Shown piece after piece: positions 27,406 through 37,800 of a DNA stretch of 64,000 nt. The DNA is taken from the IMG/VR virus record IMGVR_UViG_3300037882_001492, positions 54,191-118,190 of that record. One strand, 5' to 3'. Every line of letters begins with the position of its first letter. Position 1 is the first letter of the stretch. Made by a program: the position numbers and the translations under genes. This DNA comes from a virus. The notes beneath the pieces were generated by a model. The model saw only the letters and a list, made by a program, of their open reading frames with translations, ran no database searches and was not told the DNA's origin.

Positions 27406-27856
27406 ATTGTTTTAGTCGAGTTAATAAATCTGATTTAGCTTTTTTAACCTTTTTCTTCGGCTTTAAAGTAATCTTTTTAGGAGCTTTCTTTCCTGGCCCT
27501 GCCATATTAACTCCAATGGTTCCACAGGTTGTCATTTCTAAAACTTTAGAAATGATCTTTTTTGCTCTTTCCAGAACTTGAATTTCTTCTTCTGTTAGAA
27601 GTTTTGAATATTGAGTTTTATGTTTTGGAGCAGGCTTTTCTTCCTTACTCTCTCCAATAAAGAATTCAGGAACTTCAACATTAGATAAATCAGGAACATA
27701 GCGATGTTCAGGTGCTAAGTCATCTTCTTTAGAAGCGGCAAGTTTCGAGAGGGGTTTTTCAATAAACCCCTCTTCGTCTGTGATTCCGTGTTCTGTGAGA
27801 ATATCCCAAGCCGCTGATGAAATAGACCCTTCTTCAATATCTGGATCGTCATTCAT
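27398..27856 (-). CDS. Putative prohead core protein
   Basis: Acidic N-terminal half, basic tail, LE|MTT motif, located in the head cluster. Confidence 0.5.
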   Translation of the reverse strand: MNDDPDIEEGSISSAAWDILTEHGITDEEGFIEKPLSKLAASKEDDLAPEHRYVPDLSNVEVPEFFIGESKEEKPAPKHKTQYSKLLTEEEIQVLERAKKIISKVLEMTTCGTIGVNMAGPGKKAPKKITLKPKKKVKKAKSDLLTRLKQYE

Positions 27857-27859
27857 AGT

Positions 27860-28423
27860 TTACAGCTCCTTTAGAAACAATACTCCGTCAGCGTCATCTT
27901 CGTCTTCAACCATTTCAAGTTCCCCATCTTCATTTTCAGATACGGAAAGTGTAAGGTCGGCATCTTCTTCATTGTCAACGACTTCGTATTCAATACCATC
28001 AATTTCGACAGTAGCAGTTTCATCATTGTCACCTTCGTTTTCTTCCGACTCAACTAGCTTTACATAAACTTCACCAGTTGTTTCATCAAGACTGATTTCA
28101 TCCGAAAGAACATAAACTTGTTCGTCAATTTCTACTGTCTTAACGGGTTCGATTTCTTCTTGATTTAACGATTCAAAGATATTAGAATCCAATTCGAAAA
28201 TACGAGCGTACATATCGCCTTCTTCCGAAGTGATTACTTCGCTAGAAATTCCGAATAAGTATCCATCGTTTTCATAGAAATGTTCTGGTGCTTTTTCATT
28301 TTTCTCATCACCATTAACAAGTTCAGCTTCTTCTTGAGACGATTCGATTAAAGCGCCAACGAAAGAGTCAACAACTTCGCCATTTTCATTTAGAAAATTT
28401 TTCATTTTATTTTTAAGGGTCAT
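27860..28423 (-). CDS. Highly acidic protein (putative prohead core/internal protein)
   Basis: Extremely Glu/Asp-rich and located in the head cluster. Confidence 0.55.
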   Translation of the reverse strand: MTLKNKMKNFLNENGEVVDSFVGALIESSQEEAELVNGDEKNEKAPEHFYENDGYLFGISSEVITSEEGDMYARIFELDSNIFESLNQEEIEPVKTVEIDEQVYVLSDEISLDETTGEVYVKLVESEENEGDNDETATVEIDGIEYEVVDNEEDADLTLSVSENEDGELEMVEDEDDADGVLFLKEL

Positions 28424-28661
28424 TCCTTAACCCTAACTTATCTATTACTTTAGTTAATGTCTCTTCTAATTTATTTGTTCTTTGGTAAGTTTCTTCCGCC
28501 CATTTTTTAGGTGCGGCGTTTCCAGCAATAAACCTAATCGCTTTTCCAAACCATTTTCTGCCTTTCTTAAATAACAAAGGAAGACCAAAGATTAACAATA
28601 TTATGTAAAAGACATATTTTAAAAATGTTTTAAAGATGCTTTCAATCCATGAAGATTTCAC
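28413..28661 (-). CDS. Membrane protein (one TM helix), in frame with the upstream lipoprotein
   Basis: YVFYIILLIFGLPLLF followed by KKGRK. GTG start 15 nt after the upstream TAG, in the same frame. Confidence 0.65.
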   Translation of the reverse strand: MKSSWIESIFKTFLKYVFYIILLIFGLPLLFKKGRKWFGKAIRFIAGNAAPKKWAEETYQRTNKLEETLTKVIDKLGLRNDP

Positions 28662-28676
28662 TTCGGATTTAAGAAC

Positions 28677-28979
28677 CTACCCTATTTTTTCATTAAAAGT
28701 ATCTGTTCTTGGAGCGGATGTATTAGTATAAATTACTGGATTTTGTGAAGTCGGATCAACATATACAACAGTAATTTCCTGTTCTGGTTCTGGATCGGGC
28801 ATAAAAGCATCCGCGGCTACATCGCCAATCATCGCTCCACCTATTGCGCCAATTGGACCCCCTAAAGACCCAACTGCGGCCCCGGCACCCACAAAGGCAG
28901 TTTGAGCCATATTGTTTCGTATTTGTGCAGAACAGCCTACAGAAAACAATAAAGTTAAAAATAATAAAATTGCCTTCAC
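28677..28979 (-). CDS. Glycine-zipper lipoprotein (possible lysis/spanin component)
   Basis: Signal peptide with lipobox FSVG|C and GAGAAVGSLGGPIGAIGGAMIG. CTAAATA lies 4 nt upstream. Confidence 0.7.
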   Translation of the reverse strand: MKAILLFLTLLFSVGCSAQIRNNMAQTAFVGAGAAVGSLGGPIGAIGGAMIGDVAADAFMPDPEPEQEITVVYVDPTSQNPVIYTNTSAPRTDTFNEKIG

Positions 28980-28986
28980 ATATTAT

Positions 28987-30651
28987 TTAGTAAAATACAC
29001 CAATAACATAGGCTTTACATTGAACCGGATCGGATGAATCAGGTAAACCTTGAATTTGATATCTTAAATTAAATAACATGGAATCCAAATCTAAGTCAAC
29101 AGGCATAAAAGTTATTGAAGACTGTCTACCAACAACCCACGCCGACAAATCTGCAACCTCGTAATATACATTTATAGAGGGTTTTGTAACTTTTGTAATT
29201 AATCTCACAGAAGAATTATTGCTTCCTCCTGCTTTTAAATAAACATCTAAACGAACAACTAAACCACGAATCTTAGTAAGATCAATCGTTTCTGAATTAA
29301 AACTCGTATATGGAATTTCAATATTCAAATCTAAATCAGAAGTTCCCCGATAAGTAAATTCTGTTGTCTGCCCTCCCATAGCGGAATCAATTAAAAAGAT
29401 TGGTCCGGCCCTATCAAACAAATATGTTCCAATAGGCAAATCATCCTCTAATTTACTTATTCTTCCTTCATGGTTCCCTGGTGCAACAAGACCTGAACCT
29501 TTTACAATAGAGTTTCTTAAAGTCGCATAATCGGGATCAAGTCGAGTTAAAAATCTGTTTTTGATAGACGGTCTGTAAGAAACTGCGACCGCCTGTCTTT
29601 CATCAAAGGTCAGTTCAGCGGTTCTGAAAAATGGACGAATATCCATTAAATTTTCGGCGGGAATAAACCCCCCTTCAATATGACCAAAAGGTGTTAATAC
29701 ATATGCGATAGGCAAACAGAAAACACCTCTTTCAGCAAGTTGGGTTTGCGCCCATTCTGCTAATTGATCTTGGTCAGGAATATCAAAATCTTGAATTTCG
29801 AAACTATTGATTGGATCGTTTACCAAATCAATTGGTCGCCATTCATAGTTTTTAATATCTTCAACGGCAGGAATAGTTGTGTAACGAAGTTTATCTTCAA
29901 TTCCAGTAACTCCACCTTTCTTTTCATCTATAACATCAATTTCGTTAATGTCCTTAGATTGTTGATGAACTGTTCCCCCAACCAAATCTTCTCCGGTTTC
30001 GAATCTCTGTCCTGCTTTTCTACTTTCCGAGACATTGGCAGGGAAATCCAAGAAATAACCACCCTTAATCAGCCCCAGTTTCGGTTTAGCATTATCTTGA
30101 TCTTCGGCTGGATAGGCTTCTATGAAAAGCAAGTCCAAACGATATACAGGAGTTTTATTAGAACCTGTATCACCGCCCGGATAATCTTCTTGTGTAAAAG
30201 AAGGTATTGTAATATTTGGATCAATATTATTTTCTTGTAAGAGACGGACTAAAGCAGTTCTTCCAACGCCTCCTACTTTATCAGGATGATTTAAACCATA
30301 AGCAGAATCTTCTGGTTGGGCTTTAACATCGCCTCTTGAAAGTTCTCCTTGTTCACCTTTATTTTGTCTTTCCCCTAATCCTGTATAACGATCCGAAGGT
30401 GTATTGACTCTTGCAATAAAGTTTCCTGGTTTAACAAAAACTTTACCAGGAGACGACTCGCTAACATAAGGTTTTAAATCACCAAATAACTCCCGACCTG
30501 ATAAAGAATCAATTTGTGCCTTTAGTTGGTCTAGTTGAAATTGTAAGATTTCGTCATTTGTTAACAAATCTTTTAAAGGCAAGTTTTGAACTTGGTAATA
30601 AAAAGGATCAGATGGTAAATAAAATCTGATATTTGTAGTGACTCTGCTCAT
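28987..30651 (-). CDS. Putative tail/baseplate-associated virion protein
   Basis: Last gene of the coupled tail operon. N-terminal DPFYYQVQNLPL is similar to the upstream gene's SSFYNYEKDNVPL. Confidence 0.6.
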   Translation of the reverse strand: MSRVTTNIRFYLPSDPFYYQVQNLPLKDLLTNDEILQFQLDQLKAQIDSLSGRELFGDLKPYVSESSPGKVFVKPGNFIARVNTPSDRYTGLGERQNKGEQGELSRGDVKAQPEDSAYGLNHPDKVGGVGRTALVRLLQENNIDPNITIPSFTQEDYPGGDTGSNKTPVYRLDLLFIEAYPAEDQDNAKPKLGLIKGGYFLDFPANVSESRKAGQRFETGEDLVGGTVHQQSKDINEIDVIDEKKGGVTGIEDKLRYTTIPAVEDIKNYEWRPIDLVNDPINSFEIQDFDIPDQDQLAEWAQTQLAERGVFCLPIAYVLTPFGHIEGGFIPAENLMDIRPFFRTAELTFDERQAVAVSYRPSIKNRFLTRLDPDYATLRNSIVKGSGLVAPGNHEGRISKLEDDLPIGTYLFDRAGPIFLIDSAMGGQTTEFTYRGTSDLDLNIEIPYTSFNSETIDLTKIRGLVVRLDVYLKAGGSNNSSVRLITKVTKPSINVYYEVADLSAWVVGRQSSITFMPVDLDLDSMLFNLRYQIQGLPDSSDPVQCKAYVIGVFY

Positions 30652-33600
30652 TATAGTAATTTATCTAGTTCGAATAAGTTAAGGGATCTGACCCCTACTC
30701 CGAAAGTGCTATCAGCCAAATGTCCGTCTCGTCCTTCACCGCCACCGTCAACCCTAGAACGATAAACCGATAATCCATTTACTTTCTTTAATGAAAGCTG
30801 TTTAGCGTTAGAAAAAATGTGCAATCCAGTTTCATCTAAGAAGTTTCTCATATATCCTTGCCATTCCATATGTAAAGGCGGAATTGAGAATGACGGGATA
30901 GCGGAAATCGAAACCGTGCTACTTGTTGAGTATTTAGCTGCAAGATACGCTGCTATTTCAGGAGCGATAGTTGCAGGAACACCAGCACCAGGAGCGGGAA
31001 TACCCCATCCAAAAATATCTTCAAAGGCACTTAAAGAAAGTCCAGAGATATCATTTCCTCCGTCAAGACCAATAATGCGTCTAAATGTATCCGATCCAGC
31101 AACCGAAGAAGCATCCATTACGAACATCATGTAACCTTGAGCATTAACTTGGTCAATAGGATAGCCTCCGGTGTCGCGTCCAATCGTAATATTTCCATTA
31201 GATTGATGATCTGCCGATACAGCAAACATTGATTTCAAGTCACCTCTATGACCTAGCATTAAACGATAAACACCCTGGTTTCTCCACGCATTATCGTTAT
31301 TATAGGTTGTCGCAGCACCGTACAGTCCAAAGTAATCTAGTGCTACACCGTTAGCCCATTTTCCAGCAGGTCCATGATATCCGTTAATTTCACAGATTCC
31401 TTTTGGATCACCGAAATTCAATCTCACATTAGACATGTGAATACGAGAAGTATCCGCAATATTCCAGATTTGAATCTGTGTTCCGATAGCAGACGGTGTG
31501 AAGTAGTCATTACACGGATCAGGATATCTTCCATAACCACTAATGTTATAACTGTGTTGTGCTAAAGCAGGATCAGAAATTGTAATTTTACCAGGAGATC
31601 CACCTGTATCAAATAAAGGTTTATTAGTATATGGATCGGTTCCTGCTGCTATCGCTCCGAAGTTTGTGTACCCTACAGAACTTAGAACAGAGACAGTTGG
31701 TCCTGGTTCAGATCCATAAGTTTCTAGTCCAGATCCAAGATAACTATAAATTACTCCTGAACATGAAGATGCCGGAACTGAATATAGGAAGTTAGTCATA
31801 TCAACATCAACATAACTATTTCCTACTGCGCGCAATACCATTCCACCTGCACAAATTGAAGAAGCACTTCCTGATGCGATTAATCTAGAACTTCTAGTAA
31901 ATGGAGTTGATCCGTCGGCTTCAAAGAATCCGCTCGCCGCTAATGCAGAAGTGAATGGATTAGGATAGAATTGAATATAACTATCTTGGTTGACGCTCTG
32001 CCAGATCGAACTTAAATCAGAGTCTTGGAAAGCGCCTGTATTCTTTCTTGGGAAGTTTGTTGTCGCTTCGCCAGACACAGTTCCTCCTAAGTTTTTGAAA
32101 ACGATTCCAGAGTTTTTACTTGCAATTAAACAAGCTCTTGTTGAGTGTAATTCGATCTTAGTTTGGTTACCAGATTCAGTTAGTCCGTATTTGAAAGTCT
32201 CTGGAATGAAATCTCCATCAGTTGTAGGAGTTTGGAAACTTACAATGGAGTTTTCCTCTACGAGAATTGGGACTCCAAAGCGAGAAACTTTTGTTGGACC
32301 TGTGATTTCAATTTCAGAATTTCCAACAGCAGCGAACGCAGCCGATTGCCACGAATCTACTAATCCAGCAACAGAGAAATCGCCTGCCGAGTCGGGTATC
32401 ATGCTTGCAACGGTACTTGAGCGTTTAGTTCCTCTTAAAGCGAGTTTCGAATTATTCGAAACATATGCGATCTTACCTTTAACGGGAGCGTTTGCCGAAG
32501 TTGCGAAACAGGCATTTACCAACTCGACAAAAGAACTATCAGAGATTCTAATAGAAGGAAGATCAAACAATGTTCCTGTATTAGATCCGTGGTTAGTCAT
32601 TGCAGACGCATAAGTAGCCGCATTTTCGTGACCTCCCCATGAACCAATATAGTCAGGAATTGAAGACAATCCTGTATAGTAAGGTTTAATATATGATCCC
32701 TTAGTTGCATATAAGTTAATACCATTTTGCGATACATGGTATGCAACTTTAGTTCCATCAGGGATTTGCGCGCTGATTTCATCACAACGGTAACCATAAG
32801 TGATTTGGGAATTTCTTAATTCAATGCCTTTTTCTTGGTTATCGTCTACAGTAAATTGCGGAGTGTTTATTGTGCTGTCTTCTAAGACAATACCGTTCTT
32901 ATTATTAAACGCATCCAATCGGCCAAGATAGTTACATTGTGATTGTTGGAAATGAATTCCTGTTTTAGTGTTTTGAAAACTTTGAAGAATACCAGTTGTT
33001 AAGTCTGTTCCACCGCCGTTTGCTTTTCCAGTCTCTTTTCTAGTTCCACCAGAAATAACGGATTTTAATGCTCTAATACCAACATCACAACGACTAGCAG
33101 CAACTAGGAATTTGTTGAAATTAGTGTCAGCAGTTACACCTAATGGGGTATCCAAGAACTCTAAATTAGAATTAATCAAATCAATACCTGCGCCATCAAT
33201 TGTTGAAGTGCGGCTACCGTCTGAATTTCTAGCGTAAATTCTATGGGCGATAAGACTTCCAAGAACGCCTACAGTAGAATTTTGAATTTTAATACCAGCT
33301 TTTTGTGTTCTTATTGCACCACAGTTCTCTAATAATATTTCAGATCCGGCGATATCAAATCCGTTTGCTGTAGAATGAATTAGTCCAGTCGAAGTATCGT
33401 CACTTTGAGCGCCGTCAACTAAAATTCCATCTAATTTGATCTTACCGTAACAGTTTCGAATCTTAACGGCACTACAGAAGTTTCCATAAATATTACCTAC
33501 AACCACATCTGCTGCTGCAATAACATCTCTTGCTGTCTCTAATGAGTCGCCTGTTCCCGCCTTTTGTTTAGCATTTAAATCGTAGTCAGCAATTGAGTTA

Positions 33601-34307
33601 TCGTTTGCAGAAGTATAAACAGCGCAATCAATAAAGTCATTAGAAGCGTTTGCTAAAGTAAAACCTAGTGCAAACTGAATTCTATCAGTTTCTTCTTCGG
33701 TATCTGGCCGTTTAGCAAATATGAATCTCCCCGAACTTGCTGTAAAATTTGAGTTATCAAATAAGAGATTTCCTACTCTTGTTGAACTTGCTTCATTATG
33801 GAAATATGACTTCGCGTAATTAGAAGTAATCCTTGTTAATGAAGGAACCGATCCAGCAGGAGAATGAGAAGCGTTTCCTACAGTTTCGACAACTCCTGAA
33901 CTTTCAAAGAAATGCAGCTTATTCTTAATGTGTAAGGCACCATTATCCCCAATTGTTGTAATACCGTCTAATTGAAGAGTCCCTAAATTACCATAATCAC
34001 AAATTTCTACAAATAAAGGGAAAGTTAATCTTTGTGGAATACGCCGAACAATATCGTCCCAATTATCATAAACTCCAATTGAATGATCTGCTGTTGACGA
34101 AAGAGTTAAGGTTGTGGGTTGATTTTCATCGCCAGGATATCCTAAAAACTGTCTTAAAAGATCGGTTCTTAAAAACAATTTAATTAAAGGAACATTGTCT
34201 TTTTCATAATTATAAAACGAACTTGCATCATGCAAGTACGATGATTCATAATCTGTTAAAAGAATATTAGAACCACTAGAGAGATTAAAATTGTTTAAAT
34301 TAGTCAT
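30651..34307 (-). CDS. Tail spike/fibre-like protein with right-handed beta-helix repeats
   Basis: Repeats such as GIKIQNS, GIDLINS, GIHFQQS, GIVLEDS and GIELRNS. Confidence 0.7.
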   Translation of the reverse strand: MTNLNNFNLSSGSNILLTDYESSYLHDASSFYNYEKDNVPLIKLFLRTDLLRQFLGYPGDENQPTTLTLSSTADHSIGVYDNWDDIVRRIPQRLTFPLFVEICDYGNLGTLQLDGITTIGDNGALHIKNKLHFFESSGVVETVGNASHSPAGSVPSLTRITSNYAKSYFHNEASSTRVGNLLFDNSNFTASSGRFIFAKRPDTEEETDRIQFALGFTLANASNDFIDCAVYTSANDNSIADYDLNAKQKAGTGDSLETARDVIAAADVVVGNIYGNFCSAVKIRNCYGKIKLDGILVDGAQSDDTSTGLIHSTANGFDIAGSEILLENCGAIRTQKAGIKIQNSTVGVLGSLIAHRIYARNSDGSRTSTIDGAGIDLINSNLEFLDTPLGVTADTNFNKFLVAASRCDVGIRALKSVISGGTRKETGKANGGGTDLTTGILQSFQNTKTGIHFQQSQCNYLGRLDAFNNKNGIVLEDSTINTPQFTVDDNQEKGIELRNSQITYGYRCDEISAQIPDGTKVAYHVSQNGINLYATKGSYIKPYYTGLSSIPDYIGSWGGHENAATYASAMTNHGSNTGTLFDLPSIRISDSSFVELVNACFATSANAPVKGKIAYVSNNSKLALRGTKRSSTVASMIPDSAGDFSVAGLVDSWQSAAFAAVGNSEIEITGPTKVSRFGVPILVEENSIVSFQTPTTDGDFIPETFKYGLTESGNQTKIELHSTRACLIASKNSGIVFKNLGGTVSGEATTNFPRKNTGAFQDSDLSSIWQSVNQDSYIQFYPNPFTSALAASGFFEADGSTPFTRSSRLIASGSASSICAGGMVLRAVGNSYVDVDMTNFLYSVPASSCSGVIYSYLGSGLETYGSEPGPTVSVLSSVGYTNFGAIAAGTDPYTNKPLFDTGGSPGKITISDPALAQHSYNISGYGRYPDPCNDYFTPSAIGTQIQIWNIADTSRIHMSNVRLNFGDPKGICEINGYHGPAGKWANGVALDYFGLYGAATTYNNDNAWRNQGVYRLMLGHRGDLKSMFAVSADHQSNGNITIGRDTGGYPIDQVNAQGYMMFVMDASSVAGSDTFRRIIGLDGGNDISGLSLSAFEDIFGWGIPAPGAGVPATIAPEIAAYLAAKYSTSSTVSISAIPSFSIPPLHMEWQGYMRNFLDETGLHIFSNAKQLSLKKVNGLSVYRSRVDGGGEGRDGHLADSTFGVGVRSLNLFELDKLL

Positions 34308-34310
34308 TGG

Positions 34311-34892
34311 TTAAAATTCAATTGTCCACACGATATGCAAAGCATATTCATTAGTTTTAGCAAGTTCAGTAAATTGTCTATATGCACATAAATATGCTCT
34401 AGCAGGGCTTGTTTGTTCGGGGTTTCTGCTAAACAATCCAACTTCATCAATTCCAAGACCATTCCCTGCATTTTCATCTAAAATAAGTCTCCAACGACAT
34501 TTTCTTGAAGAAACTTTATCAATATAAGCTTGAGGGATTTCCGCAAATGCTTGATTTGTATAAACTGTTCCTGATGCTGTTAAACTTTGCGTTACCAAAC
34601 CAAGAAAACCACTTCCATATTGGGCAAAGGTTAAAGCATTACCTAAACGCCCATTGCTGGAAACTTGCAGTCCGGCTGCCCCACCAGTACCAACTTGAAA
34701 TAAATTTATTTGGAAATTAAATATATTTGATTCTGAGGAAGCAGCAAAGGCTCCGGCAACCGTAGCACCCATCCCACTACAAACCACATTCGCCTCATCA
34801 AATACTTTTTCTATTCGACCATTTTTAAACACTTTAAAAATCTCTAAGTGTCCTTTGTAATCTTGATAATTTTCTTGAAAAGTCTTATTCAT
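34311..34892 (-). CDS. Baseplate/tail-fibre attachment protein
   Basis: KGHLEIF...NVVCSG...VGTG...IDEVGLF...AYRQF...IVWTIEF fold pattern. Confidence 0.65.
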   Translation of the reverse strand: MNKTFQENYQDYKGHLEIFKVFKNGRIEKVFDEANVVCSGMGATVAGAFAASSESNIFNFQINLFQVGTGGAAGLQVSSNGRLGNALTFAQYGSGFLGLVTQSLTASGTVYTNQAFAEIPQAYIDKVSSRKCRWRLILDENAGNGLGIDEVGLFSRNPEQTSPARAYLCAYRQFTELAKTNEYALHIVWTIEF

Positions 34893-37800
34893 TAGAAGTC
34901 AATTGTCCATACAATTGTTATAAAGTTTGAAGCCGGGTTAATTTGCAATCCGCCTGGGAAAAACACCTTCTTAGCAAACAGTCGAAAAACAGGTTCATAA
35001 TTGCTTAAATCACTAGTGTTATATAGACTTGATTGGTATAAAGCGCCGTCCCACACAATACTTAAATTGATATTATTTTTTAACGGAAACGATGTGCGGT
35101 AATGAGATAGAGCAGAAACCGAAGAGAAATTATGCTCAATAATTGTTGAAATACCGCCAGTTGTTTTTTGCAATATTACATCATCTAAAAGAAGATAAGG
35201 AATTTCATTAGAAATTGGATCTCTTTCCCCCCTAATTTTAAATAAAACACTATCATATCCTTTTCCTGATGCTGTAAAAGAGATTGCTTGTGATTCCCAT
35301 TGTGTATTTTTTGGCAATGGCACTTCGTTGAAATTATCACTTACAATACTTGCGTATCTTGAATTAGTTTTATAAAGAAAAGATAATTGATAAGAAGTTC
35401 CAGAAACAGCCCATCCGTTAGGATTAACTCTTCCAGGTACAGAACTGAAATTTGTATGGAAATAACAGTTTCCAGTTCGTTTTCCGGCAGCAGCCAATAC
35501 CTTAGAATTTCTTAAAGGATAAGGCGCGTCAACAGGAGACGCTTTATAAGTTCCAGGTCCGCCGTAATTACTTTGTAAAGTGTCAGGACTTCCAGAATAG
35601 AGGAACGGAGGTCCGCCTAATCCTTCTTCGGAACCTAGTTTACGGGCTGTTTGTTCATAATCCAGCGTCCACAATCCGGCTGCACCGATTCCGCCGTAGC
35701 GACTATTAAGAAAATGCCACTCTTCCTTAGTGAGAGTCAAAATGTACTTAATCTGCCTATCAACAAGAGGATTTACAGCAGACACTATTAAACCAGCACT
35801 TGAATCATAGATCGTTTGTGCGTTTGGATGAGTCTTGGTTTGCCTCAAAATAAATCCATTTGGAGTAATTACACCGTATTGATTTAGGTTTCCATAAGCA
35901 GAAACATAGCCGGTTCCAGACCAGATTTCTAGACCACTACCAGGAAGATAAGCACCTTTGTAAATTGCTTCTTCAAAAGATTGATAATCTTGTGGTTTTA
36001 AATAATATTCTTCAATCCTGTTTTCAAAATGTCCAATTGACGATAGTGTAGGAGTTTGAACAAATTTATCAACCGGATTTGGAAATTCAGGGAAAACAGA
36101 CGAAGCATCGGCTAATGTAGTCAGTTCATAGAATCTTAAATTATTGAGAACTAATCTACTGTCCCCTAGTGGTACAATTGAAAAGAGTGCTGTAATTTTA
36201 TCAAAATCTCTTCGATCATATGGAAGAGTTATAGTAGGAGACACCCAGTTTTCTACTGGTGTTGAATTTGCAACATTGTATGGGAACGATCCTATTCTAT
36301 AGGTTCCTGACAAATCAGAACTTGAAACATTACCTAAATACGGTTTGAATTTATTATCAACTGTATCCCAAATAAGTATTTTTCCATCAGTTTTCGAATA
36401 AATTAAACTAGCGTATAATGCCGTATTGTTTCCTAAATCGTTTACATAATCTATTGAGAATTTAAATTTGTTCGATACTAAGTCTAAGTTCTTAACTGGA
36501 ACTGTGTATGAAACTAACCCTGGGACCGTATTAGCAGTTCCCGCAGAATAACTTATACCTTTGATTCCAGAGACAGCAAAGTTACCAAACACAGGTTTTG
36601 TTGTGTGCGGAGAAGAAGAAAGCCCTAATATCCATCCGTTTTCAAAATCACTCTTTATCCAATACTTTGCTAAATTCTCAGAAGTTGGAATATGGACTTC
36701 GGCAATACTTTCTGGTCCATTATAAGAACCTAGAGCTAAATCTACTAAACCGATCTTCTTAAATAACGCTCCTGGTCCTGATTTGTGGAAGATGAAAATA
36801 TCATAAGTACTATCCAAGGTCGCTCCGGTCGGAATAGTACCTAATCCAAAATCATTGCTTTCAAAGTTAGCGTTGAATTGATTTTGACCGTAAATCGGAA
36901 TAACGGTTTGAGAATCGGTCGTAGCAGAAAATTCAATTAATGCATTTGGAACATATGGTTCCATCATTGAACCAAGTAGACTTCCATTTAGGGAAGACAG
37001 TATCCAATTACCGTTTCCGTTATAATAAGCAACACCAGTTCTACCGCTTTGTTCAAACCATTCTGTGTTATCTAATGGATAGTAAGTTCCATTAAGTCTC
37101 CAATCCCAAATATAAGTTTCTTCACTTAAAGTTGGGAACATTGACTCTTCTCTTTTTCCAAAAGTTTGAAGAACTAGTGCACCATAATACGAAGTTGGAA
37201 TTACATAATTTAAAATCTGGCTTCCAATGACTCTGAAAGTAAATTCAGACTCTTCTTCCATGTCAATTGTGTAATCACCCGACGACGCATAAAGAATTGG
37301 AGGAACAATATTTCTTTCAAATAGTTCAAATTTTCTTGTAGTGAAATTATACCATAAGTGTTTATCTGAATTATTTCTCGCTCTAAAATAGATGGCTAGA
37401 TGTGGTCTTTCTTCAACACTTTCTGGTTTAAACAAATTCCATGACATTGTATGAACGCCAGAATCACACGGAACAAATAATCTAATTCCGCTTGTTTGGA
37501 ATTCACCATCATACTTAACACATTTAAATGTTATGTCGTAGTCTTCTCTATTCTCATCATTACTTAATGGCGAAGCGTATGCGGACACGCTCGTATAAGG
37601 GTTTAAATATTTTAAATAACCAATATAGGCAGATTTATTATTAACGGGCGGTTCGTCTAATTTCATCAAACCTGCTATTGCCATTAAATTAGTTTCGTTG
37701 GAACCGTTTACATTATTGAAAGCTTTATGTGCTACGAGTAAATTAAAGACCGAAGTTCCACTTAAGCTGTGTGCGTCAATTACTAGGTTATAAGCCTTGT

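Noticed and set aside
29764-32613. Longer plus-strand ORFs (29764..30240, 30817..31134, 31990..32613) and similar short antisense ORFs elsewhere
   Set aside because: They lie entirely antisense to well-supported genes and lack motifs, as expected from codon-bias shadows.
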